A stretch of DNA of 60,366 bases, taken from positions 1-60,366 of the IMG/VR virus record IMGVR_UViG_3300036846_000361; one strand, 5' to 3'. Within the stretch, counting starts at the first letter, position 1. Each line of letters opens with the position of its first letter. A program made the position numbers and the translations under genes. The notes beneath the pieces were generated by a model. It searched no databases, was not told the origin of the DNA, and saw nothing but the letters and a program-made list of their open reading frames with translations. Source of the DNA: a virus (taxonomy: Duplodnaviria > Caudoviricetes). Below are positions 47,265-57,020 of this stretch, piece after piece.

Positions 47265-48262
47265 GTCATCCTGACAGGCTGAATGCGGATGTAGCGGCGA
47301 GTCGCGACGATCGCGCCACTGGTGTTAGACGAGCCGTCGGACACCGTCAGCACCTGCCCGGTCGTCAGCCCGACCATCTTGCCCTTGTCGAACGGCGACG
47401 AGTAGTCGTTGTTGTTCTGGCCGCCTAGCTGACCTGCAAGTGCCGCGAGTGAAACTCCGCCAGCCGTGATGTTGAGCGAGTACACCGAATAGGATGAGCC
47501 TGCCCCAGCGACCAACCCTTGCGCACCAATCTCGCACATGTAGTCGCCTGCGCGCGGAACGGTCACGGTCAGGCCGCCTTCGAGCCATCCACCCGGTCCG
47601 ATGCAGATCCAGCACCCTGCAGACTGGAAGTATTGCATCAGCCACGAGTATTTCGGAGCGGTCAAACTGTCAACGAGAATCGCCTGCTGCGTATCGCCCG
47701 GCGAGGCGGGCAGAGTCGTTGCTGGAGAGGGACTGACCTGGAGAGGATCGGCACCGGTGCGAAGATGCTGAGGGGCATGCACTCCGGCGGCGGCCATGCC
47801 GGGAGCGGTGCCAAGTGCTCTCAGCGTTTCAGTCCCCGCACCGGCACCGGCCGAGGGCTTCAGCGCGTCCGCGATGTCTACTGAAGCGATCGAACCGTCA
47901 ACGATCTCAGCCGAGCCGACCGAGCCATCGGCCATCTTGGAGAGCGTGACGGAGTTATCAGCGAGTTGTGTCGTACCGACCGAGCCATCGGCCGGACCAG
48001 CATAGGTACTCGTGACTTGAATCCAGTTGGTCCCGGTGTCGTAGTACAAGAGTCCGTTATCAGTCGCGAAGTAGATGCGGCCGATCTTGCCAGGGGTGGA
48101 CGGAGTGCTGACCGGACGAGAAGCGAGCGTCCCTTGCCCATATATGGTGCCGAGGGCTTCGAGCGCCTGAGTAACGTTGCGAACGTACAGCGGGACATCA
48201 GCAGGATCAGAGCGATCAGCGGATGGCTCGACGATGCCCCAACGCGTGGTAGTGTCTGCCAT
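47261..48262 (-). CDS. Minor tail protein
   Basis: GTLASRP...GRIYFATD; ADGSV repeats. Confidence 0.7.
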   Translation of the reverse strand: MADTTTRWGIVEPSADRSDPADVPLYVRNVTQALEALGTIYGQGTLASRPVSTPSTPGKIGRIYFATDNGLLYYDTGTNWIQVTSTYAGPADGSVGTTQLADNSVTLSKMADGSVGSAEIVDGSIASVDIADALKPSAGAGAGTETLRALGTAPGMAAAGVHAPQHLRTGADPLQVSPSPATTLPASPGDTQQAILVDSLTAPKYSWLMQYFQSAGCWICIGPGGWLEGGLTVTVPRAGDYMCEIGAQGLVAGAGSSYSVYSLNITAGGVSLAALAGQLGGQNNNDYSSPFDKGKMVGLTTGQVLTVSDGSSNTSGAIVATRRYIRIQPVRMT

Positions 48263-48269
48263 GATCCTC

Positions 48270-48953
48270 CTATGTCCCAGGCTGGTTCATATAGACACCC
48301 TGGAAGGTTGCGAAGGTCGAATACACCGTGCTGAACAGATGGTAGTTATCGAGTAGCTCTTGGAAGTCCTGACCGGCCATAGTCGAGTAATGGAGAACGA
48401 TCCCGGCAGGCTTTTGCGCCAGGATCGCATTCTCGACTTGCGTCGGATCCGGCGTCTCGCTCGTGATGGTGAAGATCTGTAGGTGGTAGGCATCTGCGCC
48501 AACTCCCGGATTGAATCGCTCGCGCATGACTACACGCTTCGTCCCGGTCAGGTACTGAGCGGCAGCGGCGGCAATAGCCTTTGGAGTCCCACGGTTCCAT
48601 CCGTCCGTGGTTGCGACTCGCATCCTCTGCGTGTCGGAGTCGAGGTCGGGCAGAATACTGACTCCAACCAACTGAGCGAGCCAAGCAATACCGTCGTCCG
48701 ACGTACGTGTGATATCAAGGATCACCGACCATCCATCTTCACCATTTGGCCCGGTCTCGGCGAGACCAGCGACCTGCTCCGCTTGCAAAGCGAGCCCTGA
48801 CACATACGCGAGTAGCTGGTATCCGGTAGCCGGATCATACTGGATGATCGGCTCTATCGCTTCGTAGGAGCGTGTGCCTACAACTCCAACCGGATAGGGG
48901 TAGTCGATCGGCGGCTCTTCAAATGGCTCGATCGGAGTCAGCGGCTGGGTCAT
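48270..48953 (-). CDS. Baseplate wedge protein (P2 gpI-like)
   Basis: WLAQLVGV, RGTPKAI, QKPAGI; follows baseplate J. Confidence 0.75.
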   Translation of the reverse strand: MTQPLTPIEPFEEPPIDYPYPVGVVGTRSYEAIEPIIQYDPATGYQLLAYVSGLALQAEQVAGLAETGPNGEDGWSVILDITRTSDDGIAWLAQLVGVSILPDLDSDTQRMRVATTDGWNRGTPKAIAAAAAQYLTGTKRVVMRERFNPGVGADAYHLQIFTITSETPDPTQVENAILAQKPAGIVLHYSTMAGQDFQELLDNYHLFSTVYSTFATFQGVYMNQPGT

Positions 48954-50131
48954 GTAACCGATCCGTTGATCGTGCCCGCCGAAGCGAGCGTTGCCGGAGT
49001 CGCGAGAGTTACATCGGCGGACGCGAGTGTACCACCGTGTACAGCCATTTCCAGAGTGATGAGCCGATCAACACCCTCGACGTTCGATATGGTCTGAGCC
49101 ATCTCGAAGTAGTAGACCTTGTCAACCTGTACCCAGGTCTGCGGATTATCGACGAACGGAGCCTGGCCCCAGGTGGCAGGGTTGAGGTAGTTCTGAACCG
49201 CAGCAATTGCGTTCGTCGTAACCTGAGCGGGATCGTAAGTGGAGACGACGGCCGCCGTAAAGGTGACATCAACCGATGTTCGGTTCGGATCGATGACATT
49301 GACGATGAAGGTGACTTCTCGATTCACTTGCAGCATCGCATCGAGAGCGGACTTGGTTGCCCCGTCGAGGTTGTTCCCGTTGATGTCGATCGCAGAGACT
49401 GCGACCATACGCGCATTGCCGGTCGAGGAATCGGCAGGGTTGAATCCGTCGATCGCGATGGCACGGTAGACACCGACGGTCTCCAAAGCGAGATTGGCAA
49501 AGTCGTCCGGCAAGATCGGCCGAGTGGAGAGCAGACGCAGATGATGCGCGAGACGGTTGTTGTAGTCGGTCGAGGTCTCCGCATCGATGCCGCCGGTCGT
49601 GATATCCGTCTGAACAATCCCGGTGACAAAGGCGAGAGTATCCAGTAGCAATACTGGCCCGCCAATCGAGCCGAGACCGGAGCCATCCAGTCCCTCATTG
49701 ACGGCGATCAGGTAGACCTCGCCGTCAGCCGTCGCGGTATTGCCCGGAGGAACTATGACATCCCCGTCCGTCTGGAACGGGACATCAATGCCCTCGATGT
49801 TACGGATGGTCACGTACGTGCCGCCGGGGATCGTGTAGCCAGCATTGTCCTGAACCGTCCAGGTCGATTGGGCGCGAGCCGGGGTAGCGTCAATTGGCGG
49901 GATGTTCAGGAGCGTGCTACCGAACCACTGGAAGATCGTATCAGGGACATCGAGCGCCAGCGTCCGCAGATCGGCTACCTGCGATGTCATGACCTGAACG
50001 ATCCAGGTATCGAGGGCTCCATCGTTGGGAACCCAAGCTGGTACCTTGTTCTGGATGTAGGAGATGACCTCATCGAGCAGATCTTGCGGATTCGTCACGA
50101 TGGGGTACTGGATGTAATCGGGAGTGCTCAC
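48950..50131 (-). CDS. Baseplate J-like protein
   Basis: GGIDAETSTDY..RL, DDFANLA...GVYRA, ISNVEGV. Confidence 0.85.
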   Translation of the reverse strand: MSTPDYIQYPIVTNPQDLLDEVISYIQNKVPAWVPNDGALDTWIVQVMTSQVADLRTLALDVPDTIFQWFGSTLLNIPPIDATPARAQSTWTVQDNAGYTIPGGTYVTIRNIEGIDVPFQTDGDVIVPPGNTATADGEVYLIAVNEGLDGSGLGSIGGPVLLLDTLAFVTGIVQTDITTGGIDAETSTDYNNRLAHHLRLLSTRPILPDDFANLALETVGVYRAIAIDGFNPADSSTGNARMVAVSAIDINGNNLDGATKSALDAMLQVNREVTFIVNVIDPNRTSVDVTFTAAVVSTYDPAQVTTNAIAAVQNYLNPATWGQAPFVDNPQTWVQVDKVYYFEMAQTISNVEGVDRLITLEMAVHGGTLASADVTLATPATLASAGTINGSVT

Positions 50132-50461
50132 TCATCCCTCCCTCACTGACGAGACGCCGATGTTGACAAGGTCGATCATTTCGTCGTACAGATCAGGCTT
50201 TTCACTCGCCAAGACACTGGCACGAGGTTCCTGAGCCTGAATCACTGCTCCTAGCTCCTCGGCTCCGATCGGTTGCTTCAGCAGAGTCAGATCCTCGATG
50301 CCAAACGTCGGCACCTCATCGCGCCAGCCGAGTGGCGTCGCAACGATCATGAGGACACTGTTACGAATGTCCTCGATCGAATCCTGCTCCACCACGTCTG
50401 CTCCGGACGGCCCGAGCTTGAAGGGAATATTGAAATGTGGAGTATCTACAGAACTCATCAT
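50132..50461 (-). CDS. Baseplate wedge gp25/gpW-like protein
   Basis: TPLGWR...PTFG...QEPR. Confidence 0.8.
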   Translation of the reverse strand: MMSSVDTPHFNIPFKLGPSGADVVEQDSIEDIRNSVLMIVATPLGWRDEVPTFGIEDLTLLKQPIGAEELGAVIQAQEPRASVLASEKPDLYDEMIDLVNIGVSSVREG

Positions 50462-50727
50462 GCTCCAGGGTTATCGAAGGGCCACCAGGCAATCACCCAA
50501 GGTTCTCGATCATTGTCGAACAGAACGAGACAAGAGTCTCCAGGCGCAGGAAGTGTTGTACTATCTCTCGACATCCATCTCAAATCAGGGAAGACGAGAG
50601 TGTCAGTCATTTCGGGGATCTGTATGGTAACGCGATCCGCGAAGTCTACTGGAGCCGAGCTAATGACGCCGCGCCAGATATTGGCAAGCAGCGAAGTGAC
50701 CGGGCGATCTTCAAACAGGTAGCTCAC
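50458..50727 (-). CDS. Baseplate spike (gpV-like OB fold)
   Basis: RVTIQIP...LPAPGDSCLVLF...PWVIAW. Confidence 0.7.
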   Translation of the reverse strand: MSYLFEDRPVTSLLANIWRGVISSAPVDFADRVTIQIPEMTDTLVFPDLRWMSRDSTTLPAPGDSCLVLFDNDREPWVIAWWPFDNPGA

Positions 50728-52931
50728 AGAGGGAACCCTGAGGCGTAAGCGATCAGATCGCTGCGGTAGTTCATATCGTCGATCGTGATACCCTGGCTCG
50801 ATCCCATCTCACATACCTTGTTCTGCCCAATGTAGACGGCGACATGTCCGGGGTAACCGATGTCGCCCTTGCCGCTGTAGAACACCAGATCGCCAGGGCT
50901 TGGGAAGGACACCCGCCGACAATGAGCGATCAAGGTGCTAGTGTTCCCGGATCCGTTGTAGTTGTTCCCGTTCGGATCCGGGCAACCTGCCTCCTTGTAA
51001 CAGAGAGTCGCGAACGCTGAGCAGTCGATCCCCGCATGCGCATCGGCGCTCCAGAGCGAGTCCGGGATCGGACGAGCAGGCCGCGTACCATCGCCACGCT
51101 CATCGGGCGGGTAGCAATAGTGATTACCGCTGTGCTCAATTCCCCAAGCCTGATCAGCGACGGCGACAACTGCCGTCCGCGAACCATCGGCTCCAGCACC
51201 GCCGCCAAACTGCGCCGCGTCCGCCGACTGAGAAGCTCCCTTGCCAGACTTCTTGCCGGAGCCTACTGCCCATGTCGGGATGGAAGACACATCCGAGACG
51301 ATCGGCTCAGGCAGAACCGGCATGGGCTTCTTCAGGTTCACTTGGGCATTTTCGTTGAACACGGATCGACTGTAGTCGCTGACGATCCATCGACCCGAGA
51401 CCGGGCCCATATGCTGAAGGGCTACGACGCCACCTGGCGGAGCCGTCCAGAGTCCGACGCGCATCGGGATATTGACTGTGGCGAACTTCTTGCCAATGTC
51501 ATAGTCGAATCCGATCCCATCAACTCCAGGACTGGTCTCGTCGAGTATCATGATCGGCTGAGTCTTGAGCAGGTCGTCTTCCGACATGAGATAGAAGACG
51601 CCCGACACAAAGAACGCTCTCCACTGGACTTCACCTGCGAGTCTCGTGATGCACGTCCAGTTGTCTTCGCGCTTCCAGATCTTGCCAGCGAACTCAGGTG
51701 TCCCACGAAAGAACACATAGTCGCTTGCCGTCTTGGTTCCGTCCGTTCCGCCACCCCAGGTAGAGCGGTCCATGAGGTTTGCATTAGCAGTGTTTGTCTC
51801 TGTGTCGCCACCGGTGATCCCGAACGCCGCTACCCAGGCATTCGCTTCCAGGTACCATTGCTTGTACAACTCGCGATTCTTGGCGGCGGGGTTCTGCGTG
51901 TCGGCGCAGATCTTCCAGTAAGGATCGTTGGGCTCATATTTGTACTGCTGTATGCAGGCGTTGTAGAACAACCGGCTGGAGGTTGCCGGATCAGTTCGAT
52001 CACGGTAGCTACCCCATTTGTAATATTGCTGGAAGAGACCGGCGCTATCCTGTTTGCCTCCACCGTGGGCCGCGTCGCCGCCCGAGAGGTTGCGGAGCGT
52101 CGATTCCTGGGTCGCCGTCATGATCGCGCAGACGATCACCTTGCGCGGCATATTCATCTGCTTGCCGACACCTATGATGATGTTCGCGTTCTGAATCTGC
52201 TCCTTGTCGGCCAAAACGTTCTTGCACATCAATCCGGCACCGGCCCCGGCATGAGGGGCCAATCCTGCGGCCGCGCCTCCAGCTGCGCCTCCAGTTGGCG
52301 GATTCGCATAGCGTCCGGGATTCCGATTGATGCTGTTATTGATCCCGCTCGTACCGGAGACTGGCGGAGTGGCAGCGACCGTCGGCAGATCGGTTGATCG
52401 CTCGATCGGTTGAACCTTATGAAGCTCCGGGATCACGACCGGGATCTTGAACTCCTTGACCTCGCGGATCAGGTTGAGAATGAACTCGGCCCGAGTCGTG
52501 TTCTTGCGGTGGACGAACTTCACACCATGATGAGGAGCATCTTTCGGCGGGTAGGTTCGCAGAATGGCAATCTCGCGATCCTCGAATGTCAGATCGAGTT
52601 GCGAGCTACCAGGCGAACGAGAGACCGAGACGAGCCGGAACCATAGCCCATCGACCTGAATGTCGAGTCGAGAGTTGAGCAGACCGCTGTTGAGAACTGT
52701 ACGATCGTAGTCGAGCAAAGATACAACAACCGTCGAAGCTCCCTCGATCGTCCGAGTAACATTGACATCGACTACCTGCCCGGCGGCATTGAACTTGATC
52801 TGGCTTCGGAGATAGACGACCAGTTTCTCCAGGTCCAGATCCTTCCCCATCAGTTCCTGCTGAAGCTGACGAGGGTCGATCTTGCTGAGCTCTAGCTTGT
52901 GAACAGCGGTGACGGCGGACTTCTTGGTCAT
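50724..52931 (-). CDS. Baseplate hub with peptidoglycan hydrolase domains (lysozyme-like and NlpC/P60)
   Basis: TATQESTL...DSAGLFQQ; C-terminal IDCSAF, PGDLVFY, GHVAVYIG. Confidence 0.8.
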   Translation of the reverse strand: MTKKSAVTAVHKLELSKIDPRQLQQELMGKDLDLEKLVVYLRSQIKFNAAGQVVDVNVTRTIEGASTVVVSLLDYDRTVLNSGLLNSRLDIQVDGLWFRLVSVSRSPGSSQLDLTFEDREIAILRTYPPKDAPHHGVKFVHRKNTTRAEFILNLIREVKEFKIPVVIPELHKVQPIERSTDLPTVAATPPVSGTSGINNSINRNPGRYANPPTGGAAGGAAAGLAPHAGAGAGLMCKNVLADKEQIQNANIIIGVGKQMNMPRKVIVCAIMTATQESTLRNLSGGDAAHGGGKQDSAGLFQQYYKWGSYRDRTDPATSSRLFYNACIQQYKYEPNDPYWKICADTQNPAAKNRELYKQWYLEANAWVAAFGITGGDTETNTANANLMDRSTWGGGTDGTKTASDYVFFRGTPEFAGKIWKREDNWTCITRLAGEVQWRAFFVSGVFYLMSEDDLLKTQPIMILDETSPGVDGIGFDYDIGKKFATVNIPMRVGLWTAPPGGVVALQHMGPVSGRWIVSDYSRSVFNENAQVNLKKPMPVLPEPIVSDVSSIPTWAVGSGKKSGKGASQSADAAQFGGGAGADGSRTAVVAVADQAWGIEHSGNHYCYPPDERGDGTRPARPIPDSLWSADAHAGIDCSAFATLCYKEAGCPDPNGNNYNGSGNTSTLIAHCRRVSFPSPGDLVFYSGKGDIGYPGHVAVYIGQNKVCEMGSSQGITIDDMNYRSDLIAYASGFPL

Positions 52932-53557
52932 GGGATCCTCAACACCGTTTTGATCTTGAGATGGTTCGGGTCTCGCTGCTTGGGGTTGGCCTTCTTGATG
53001 TCAGTCCAGCGCCTCGCGTCACCGTACATAGCCTTCGCGATTGTCCTCATCGTCTCGCCCTTGGAATGAACCGTGTAAATGTTCGGCAGAGCCTTGGTAG
53101 TCAGGATCTTGACTAGATCCTGCGGATTGTACTGAAGGAGATGGACGACTGCATCCTGTCGGTAACGGAATGGCTTGCCTTTGGCGGAGATATCATAGAG
53201 ACAATCATCGCCCCAGTCGATCCCATTGATGACCCAGGTCGCGCCTTTGATCGGAAGTCCACCGTCGATATGTATTGTGGGCGGCGGATCGAAGGCTGCG
53301 CCCATTGCCATCTGGAAGAGCAGAGCAACATCACTCTCGACCGAACTCTTGTCCAGATGGTCAAACATAACCGGTACGTCCATCGCAAATGGGTTACGTC
53401 CGTCCCACTGAGTGAACGCGGTACGACGTGGACGAGCGACGACTGACCAACCGCCAAGGCCATCGGTCGCCTTTGGGATCCCGTCACCCCTCAACATCTT
53501 GACGGTATGACCGTTCGAGGATCGGAACGTGTAGTAGTATTTGGCCGCGACGCTCAT
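52928..53557 (-). CDS. Tail tube initiator with LysM domain
   Basis: C-terminal YTV..GETMRTIA..YGD..RWTDI..AN...LRIP. Confidence 0.8.
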   Translation of the reverse strand: MSVAAKYYYTFRSSNGHTVKMLRGDGIPKATDGLGGWSVVARPRRTAFTQWDGRNPFAMDVPVMFDHLDKSSVESDVALLFQMAMGAAFDPPPTIHIDGGLPIKGATWVINGIDWGDDCLYDISAKGKPFRYRQDAVVHLLQYNPQDLVKILTTKALPNIYTVHSKGETMRTIAKAMYGDARRWTDIKKANPKQRDPNHLKIKTVLRIP

Positions 53558-55746
53558 GCCCTGGCCTGCGCATCGAGGCGATACTTGCTGGTGACTTCCG
53601 CGAGCTTCCGGCCGTCAACTTGAATAACGCTCGTCAAGTTGAGGAACCCCATCCCCAGCGGCGAAGCCATACCCGGAGTCACCGTAGCTCCTACGGGCAG
53701 GGAGACAACTTCCGGGCCACGCTCGCCGACCATGAATGATCCTGGACTAGTTACAGAACCTCCGCCGGCAAGATGTTGCAAGATATTGCCGGCAAGTTTA
53801 TTAGGCCCAAGAGGTCCGAGGTACGTGAAAATGTTTGCGGCCCAACTCGCTGCGCTCTTGGCACTCGGACCATGGATGCCGGTGACCTTACCAAGCCAGT
53901 GCGCCGCTTCCTTGGCGTAGTGAGCAATCTGTTGTAATGCCTTCGCCAAAAGCATCTGTTGATTTACGAATGGGATCACGAACGGCATCGCATCTTTGAA
54001 GAGCTTGATGTATGGTTTGAACTCCTTGATCAAGTCCTTGATGAAGTAGTTGACGAAGTCGTGGAACCATTTCCACTTGAAGTAGAGAAGCGTCAGACCG
54101 GCAATCGCAATCGCGATCCATCCCACCGGCCCTAGCTCGACCAAGAAGGTCCACATTGAGGCACCGAGAACACGAATCAAAGCGACAAACCCTTTGATCC
54201 CTCCTCCTGCTCCAAGGAAAGCGGCGCGCAGTTCAAGCACATAGAGTTGGAGCTTGTTGTAGGCAAAGGTCGCGTTGCCAATACCAGCACGACTTTGAAC
54301 AAGTCCAGTCCGGAAAAGAGATAGAGCATCTCGCGCTTCGCGATAGACAGGTCCTAGCTTGCTGACGATGAATAGCGAAGCGGCCATGGCTTTGTTCATG
54401 TTGCCAGCCTCCGCCCCTGCCATTAGCTCTGCGTAGCCGAACCGAGTCGTCCAGGCGGTCACAATCATGAGCCTGGCCCACATGACGGCCCACATCGCGT
54501 TCTGCAACAACCCGATCGTCCACATCGCAAACATGAGGGTGCGCGCGAGGATCCATTGGGCAATCAACGCAGCGAAGACGGTCTCCAGAATCCATCCATG
54601 GTGTCCAAGAATGATAAGGATGTCACCAACAAGCTTCATAACGAGGTAGAGCGGGATCAGAGCGAAAGATGCATCCTTGATCGCAGGGAGCAACGAGTTC
54701 TTGAGGATCAGGAAGAAGGCATTGGCATACTTCCAGAGTAGGTTGAGCGCCTTGAAGACGCCACTCAGCCATGGATAACTCTTAACGAAGATATCCTGAA
54801 CCTGTTTCCAGCTGATTGCCATACCCTTGCCTTGCTCCGCGTTTCTCTGGATGATCTTGCCAACCTGATCGAACGTCTTGTTCAGATTGCCGATGAAGCT
54901 GGGGCCTTTGTTGTAGCCGCCGAGCGTCAGGGCTCCCATCACCTGAGAGATGTTATCCCTCAAAGTCGTTAGCATTCCGCCGAACGTCATTGCCTGCCGC
55001 CGCGCCGCGTCCATGTAGCCGGGAGTCGAAGCCATGTAGGCATTGAGGGCAGCGATGACTTTGTTCGTCGGAATCCCGAGCGCGCCGACCCGATGAATCT
55101 CGTCGCCAGTCAGACCGAGCTTCTTCCGCAAGACATCGTAGATCGGCAGACCGTCGCGCGCAAGCTGAATGACCGTCTGTCCAGTCAGATGGCCCATGTA
55201 GGCCATATGCTGCAGAGCGACCGCGACTCTGTTCAGGGCTCCAGGAGTCGTCCTGCCCGCGTAGGCCAGAGCGTTGACGAGAGAGAACAGAGTCTTGTTG
55301 GTATCTTGGACCGAGATACCGAGCGGGTGGAACGCTGCGAACATCTGACGGAACGCGATCGTCATATCCTTGAACTGGAACGGAGTGTACTTAGTGAAGT
55401 TGTACAACTGTTCCAGTTCTGCGTTTACGTTTTTCGCGCCGCCCATTACCGGCTCAAGAGCGGCGCGGGATCCTGCCATCGTCTGGTTGAACTGGTATCC
55501 CCACTTGAGCATAGTGCCCACGAGAGCAGTCAAAGCCAAGGTGCCGGCGAACGCATATCGACGCAGAGTGAACAGAGCTTGGTTATGAAGCCAAGTCTTC
55601 TCCGACGCTGACAGCGCCGCAAGTCCCTGTTTCTTCTCAGCACCGGCTACTGCATCAATGCCGCCAACAAGCTCACCTAGTCCCGCCATGGTCTGACGGA
55701 GACCGATTAGCTGCAGCCTGAGAGTTGATGATGAGCTCGCCGACAC
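53554..55746 (-). CDS. Tape measure protein
   Basis: TPFQF, QLARDGLPIY, TFGGMLTTLRDN, VGERGPEVV. Confidence 0.9.
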   Translation of the reverse strand: MSASSSSTLRLQLIGLRQTMAGLGELVGGIDAVAGAEKKQGLAALSASEKTWLHNQALFTLRRYAFAGTLALTALVGTMLKWGYQFNQTMAGSRAALEPVMGGAKNVNAELEQLYNFTKYTPFQFKDMTIAFRQMFAAFHPLGISVQDTNKTLFSLVNALAYAGRTTPGALNRVAVALQHMAYMGHLTGQTVIQLARDGLPIYDVLRKKLGLTGDEIHRVGALGIPTNKVIAALNAYMASTPGYMDAARRQAMTFGGMLTTLRDNISQVMGALTLGGYNKGPSFIGNLNKTFDQVGKIIQRNAEQGKGMAISWKQVQDIFVKSYPWLSGVFKALNLLWKYANAFFLILKNSLLPAIKDASFALIPLYLVMKLVGDILIILGHHGWILETVFAALIAQWILARTLMFAMWTIGLLQNAMWAVMWARLMIVTAWTTRFGYAELMAGAEAGNMNKAMAASLFIVSKLGPVYREARDALSLFRTGLVQSRAGIGNATFAYNKLQLYVLELRAAFLGAGGGIKGFVALIRVLGASMWTFLVELGPVGWIAIAIAGLTLLYFKWKWFHDFVNYFIKDLIKEFKPYIKLFKDAMPFVIPFVNQQMLLAKALQQIAHYAKEAAHWLGKVTGIHGPSAKSAASWAANIFTYLGPLGPNKLAGNILQHLAGGGSVTSPGSFMVGERGPEVVSLPVGATVTPGMASPLGMGFLNLTSVIQVDGRKLAEVTSKYRLDAQARA

Positions 55747-55752
55747 CTTGTC

Positions 55753-56525
55753 CTATTTCTTGTTCAACGCTTGCGCCAGTCGGTTGATTGTCCGCACCGC
55801 GAGGTCTTCACGTTCGTCGGCACGCAACTTCGCTGCGTGGTTCGCGATTGCGAGCATGAGAGCGCGTTCTGTCGAATCTTCCGTGTTAAGGTAGGTGAAT
55901 GGACTCTGCCCGGAGATGGCAACAAAAGCAGCGCTCTCAACCTCATTGGGTAGACCTATACCCCTTCCCCCAAGAACTCCTGGTCAACATCGAAGGCTGT
56001 GTTCCCCATCCATCGGTTGAGAGTGATGCCATACTGCCCAATCGCGAACTCGTTGTCTCCGAAGACAAAGTACAACGCTGTTCGGACGACGGACGGATTG
56101 CCTGGTGTCGGCCCTTCCCAACCAAGGTACAAGGCCAGGTGATCCCAGCCTTGAACCGTCGCTCCGGAATCGTCCTGCAACTGCAGAGGCTCCTGATCAT
56201 CGACTCTCTGATAGTAGAACCCAACGGTCGAGTCGATGATCTGATCGACCAGGATCCGCATGTTACGCTCGCCGCGATCCTTGGTCTCACGATTGACACG
56301 ACGGCCAATCGCTTCGATATCACGGCGGTCCATCAGCTTGTGCTTCGTACTCAGAACGACCGGATCGCCGTAACCGATGATTGGGATGAGTGTTTCTCGC
56401 GTGTCGGCGATTTCGGTGCGCTTAGCCCGCAGCTGGTCAGCCAGACTCTGCGGGCCTTGCGCGTCGCCGCTCACCACTTCGTGGATCAGCGGCTCTTGAG
56501 GCTCTTCCATTTCTGCTCCCTCCAT
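55753..56525 (-). CDS. Tail assembly chaperone, -1 frameshifted long form
   Basis: Slippery GGGGGAA at 55965-55971; -1 frame open to TAG at 55753, just before the tape measure start. Confidence 0.75.
55956..56525 (-). CDS. Tail assembly chaperone
   Basis: Between tube and tape measure genes. Confidence 0.8.
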   Translation of the reverse strand: MEGAEMEEPQEPLIHEVVSGDAQGPQSLADQLRAKRTEIADTRETLIPIIGYGDPVVLSTKHKLMDRRDIEAIGRRVNRETKDRGERNMRILVDQIIDSTVGFYYQRVDDQEPLQLQDDSGATVQGWDHLALYLGWEGPTPGNPSVVRTALYFVFGDNEFAIGQYGITLNRWMGNTAFDVDQEFLGEGV

Positions 56526-56533
56526 GACTCAGC

Positions 56534-57019
56534 CTACGTCTTCGTCGGCGGAGCCGCGATTGAACACACGACCTCGACGAGGGCAGGATCACTGGCCTCT
56601 GAGTCATGCGTCGGAATGTTGACCGTCTTCAACGTGCCGAGGTAGACGATCGGAGTGACGCCAGTCGTGATCTTGTGGCTGTGGATGTCCATCGGCGTCT
56701 GACTGATCTTGACATCACTTCCACCGACGGCGGCAATCAGCATCGAGATGCCGCCTTCTTTGCCGGCGGGATAGCCGGTGTGATCGCGCTGTAGACGGTA
56801 GAGCCGGGACAACGTGACCTGCGTGACGGTGACGCGACCTCCGAGGCTGATCGGCGGCCCCATCGCTCCAGGATAGTAGATGCGCTCCTCGGAGTCCACA
56901 TCGCCGCCCGCCTTCTTGTCCCAGATGCCGAAGTCAACCATCACTCCTGGTTGGGTCGGATTCTCGACCTCCAGAGTGACGGTCCAGGAATCGACGCGAG
57001 TCGGATGAATCGTGCTCAT
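56534..57019 (-). CDS. Tail tube protein
   Basis: 161 aa following sheath; GGDVDSE...VTLSR. Confidence 0.75.
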   Translation of the reverse strand: MSTIHPTRVDSWTVTLEVENPTQPGVMVDFGIWDKKAGGDVDSEERIYYPGAMGPPISLGGRVTVTQVTLSRLYRLQRDHTGYPAGKEGGISMLIAAVGGSDVKISQTPMDIHSHKITTGVTPIVYLGTLKTVNIPTHDSEASDPALVEVVCSIAAPPTKT

Positions 57020-57020
57020 G

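Noticed and set aside
51036-52397. Long antisense ORFs (this 453-aa one, 31314-32333, 7744-8727 and similar)
   Set aside because: Shadow frames of high-GC genes with clear motifs on the opposite strand
55764-55946. 60-aa ORF MRLRALLLL after the chaperone stop
   Set aside because: The overlapping -1 frame is better supported by the slippery site and by ending next to the tape measure gene
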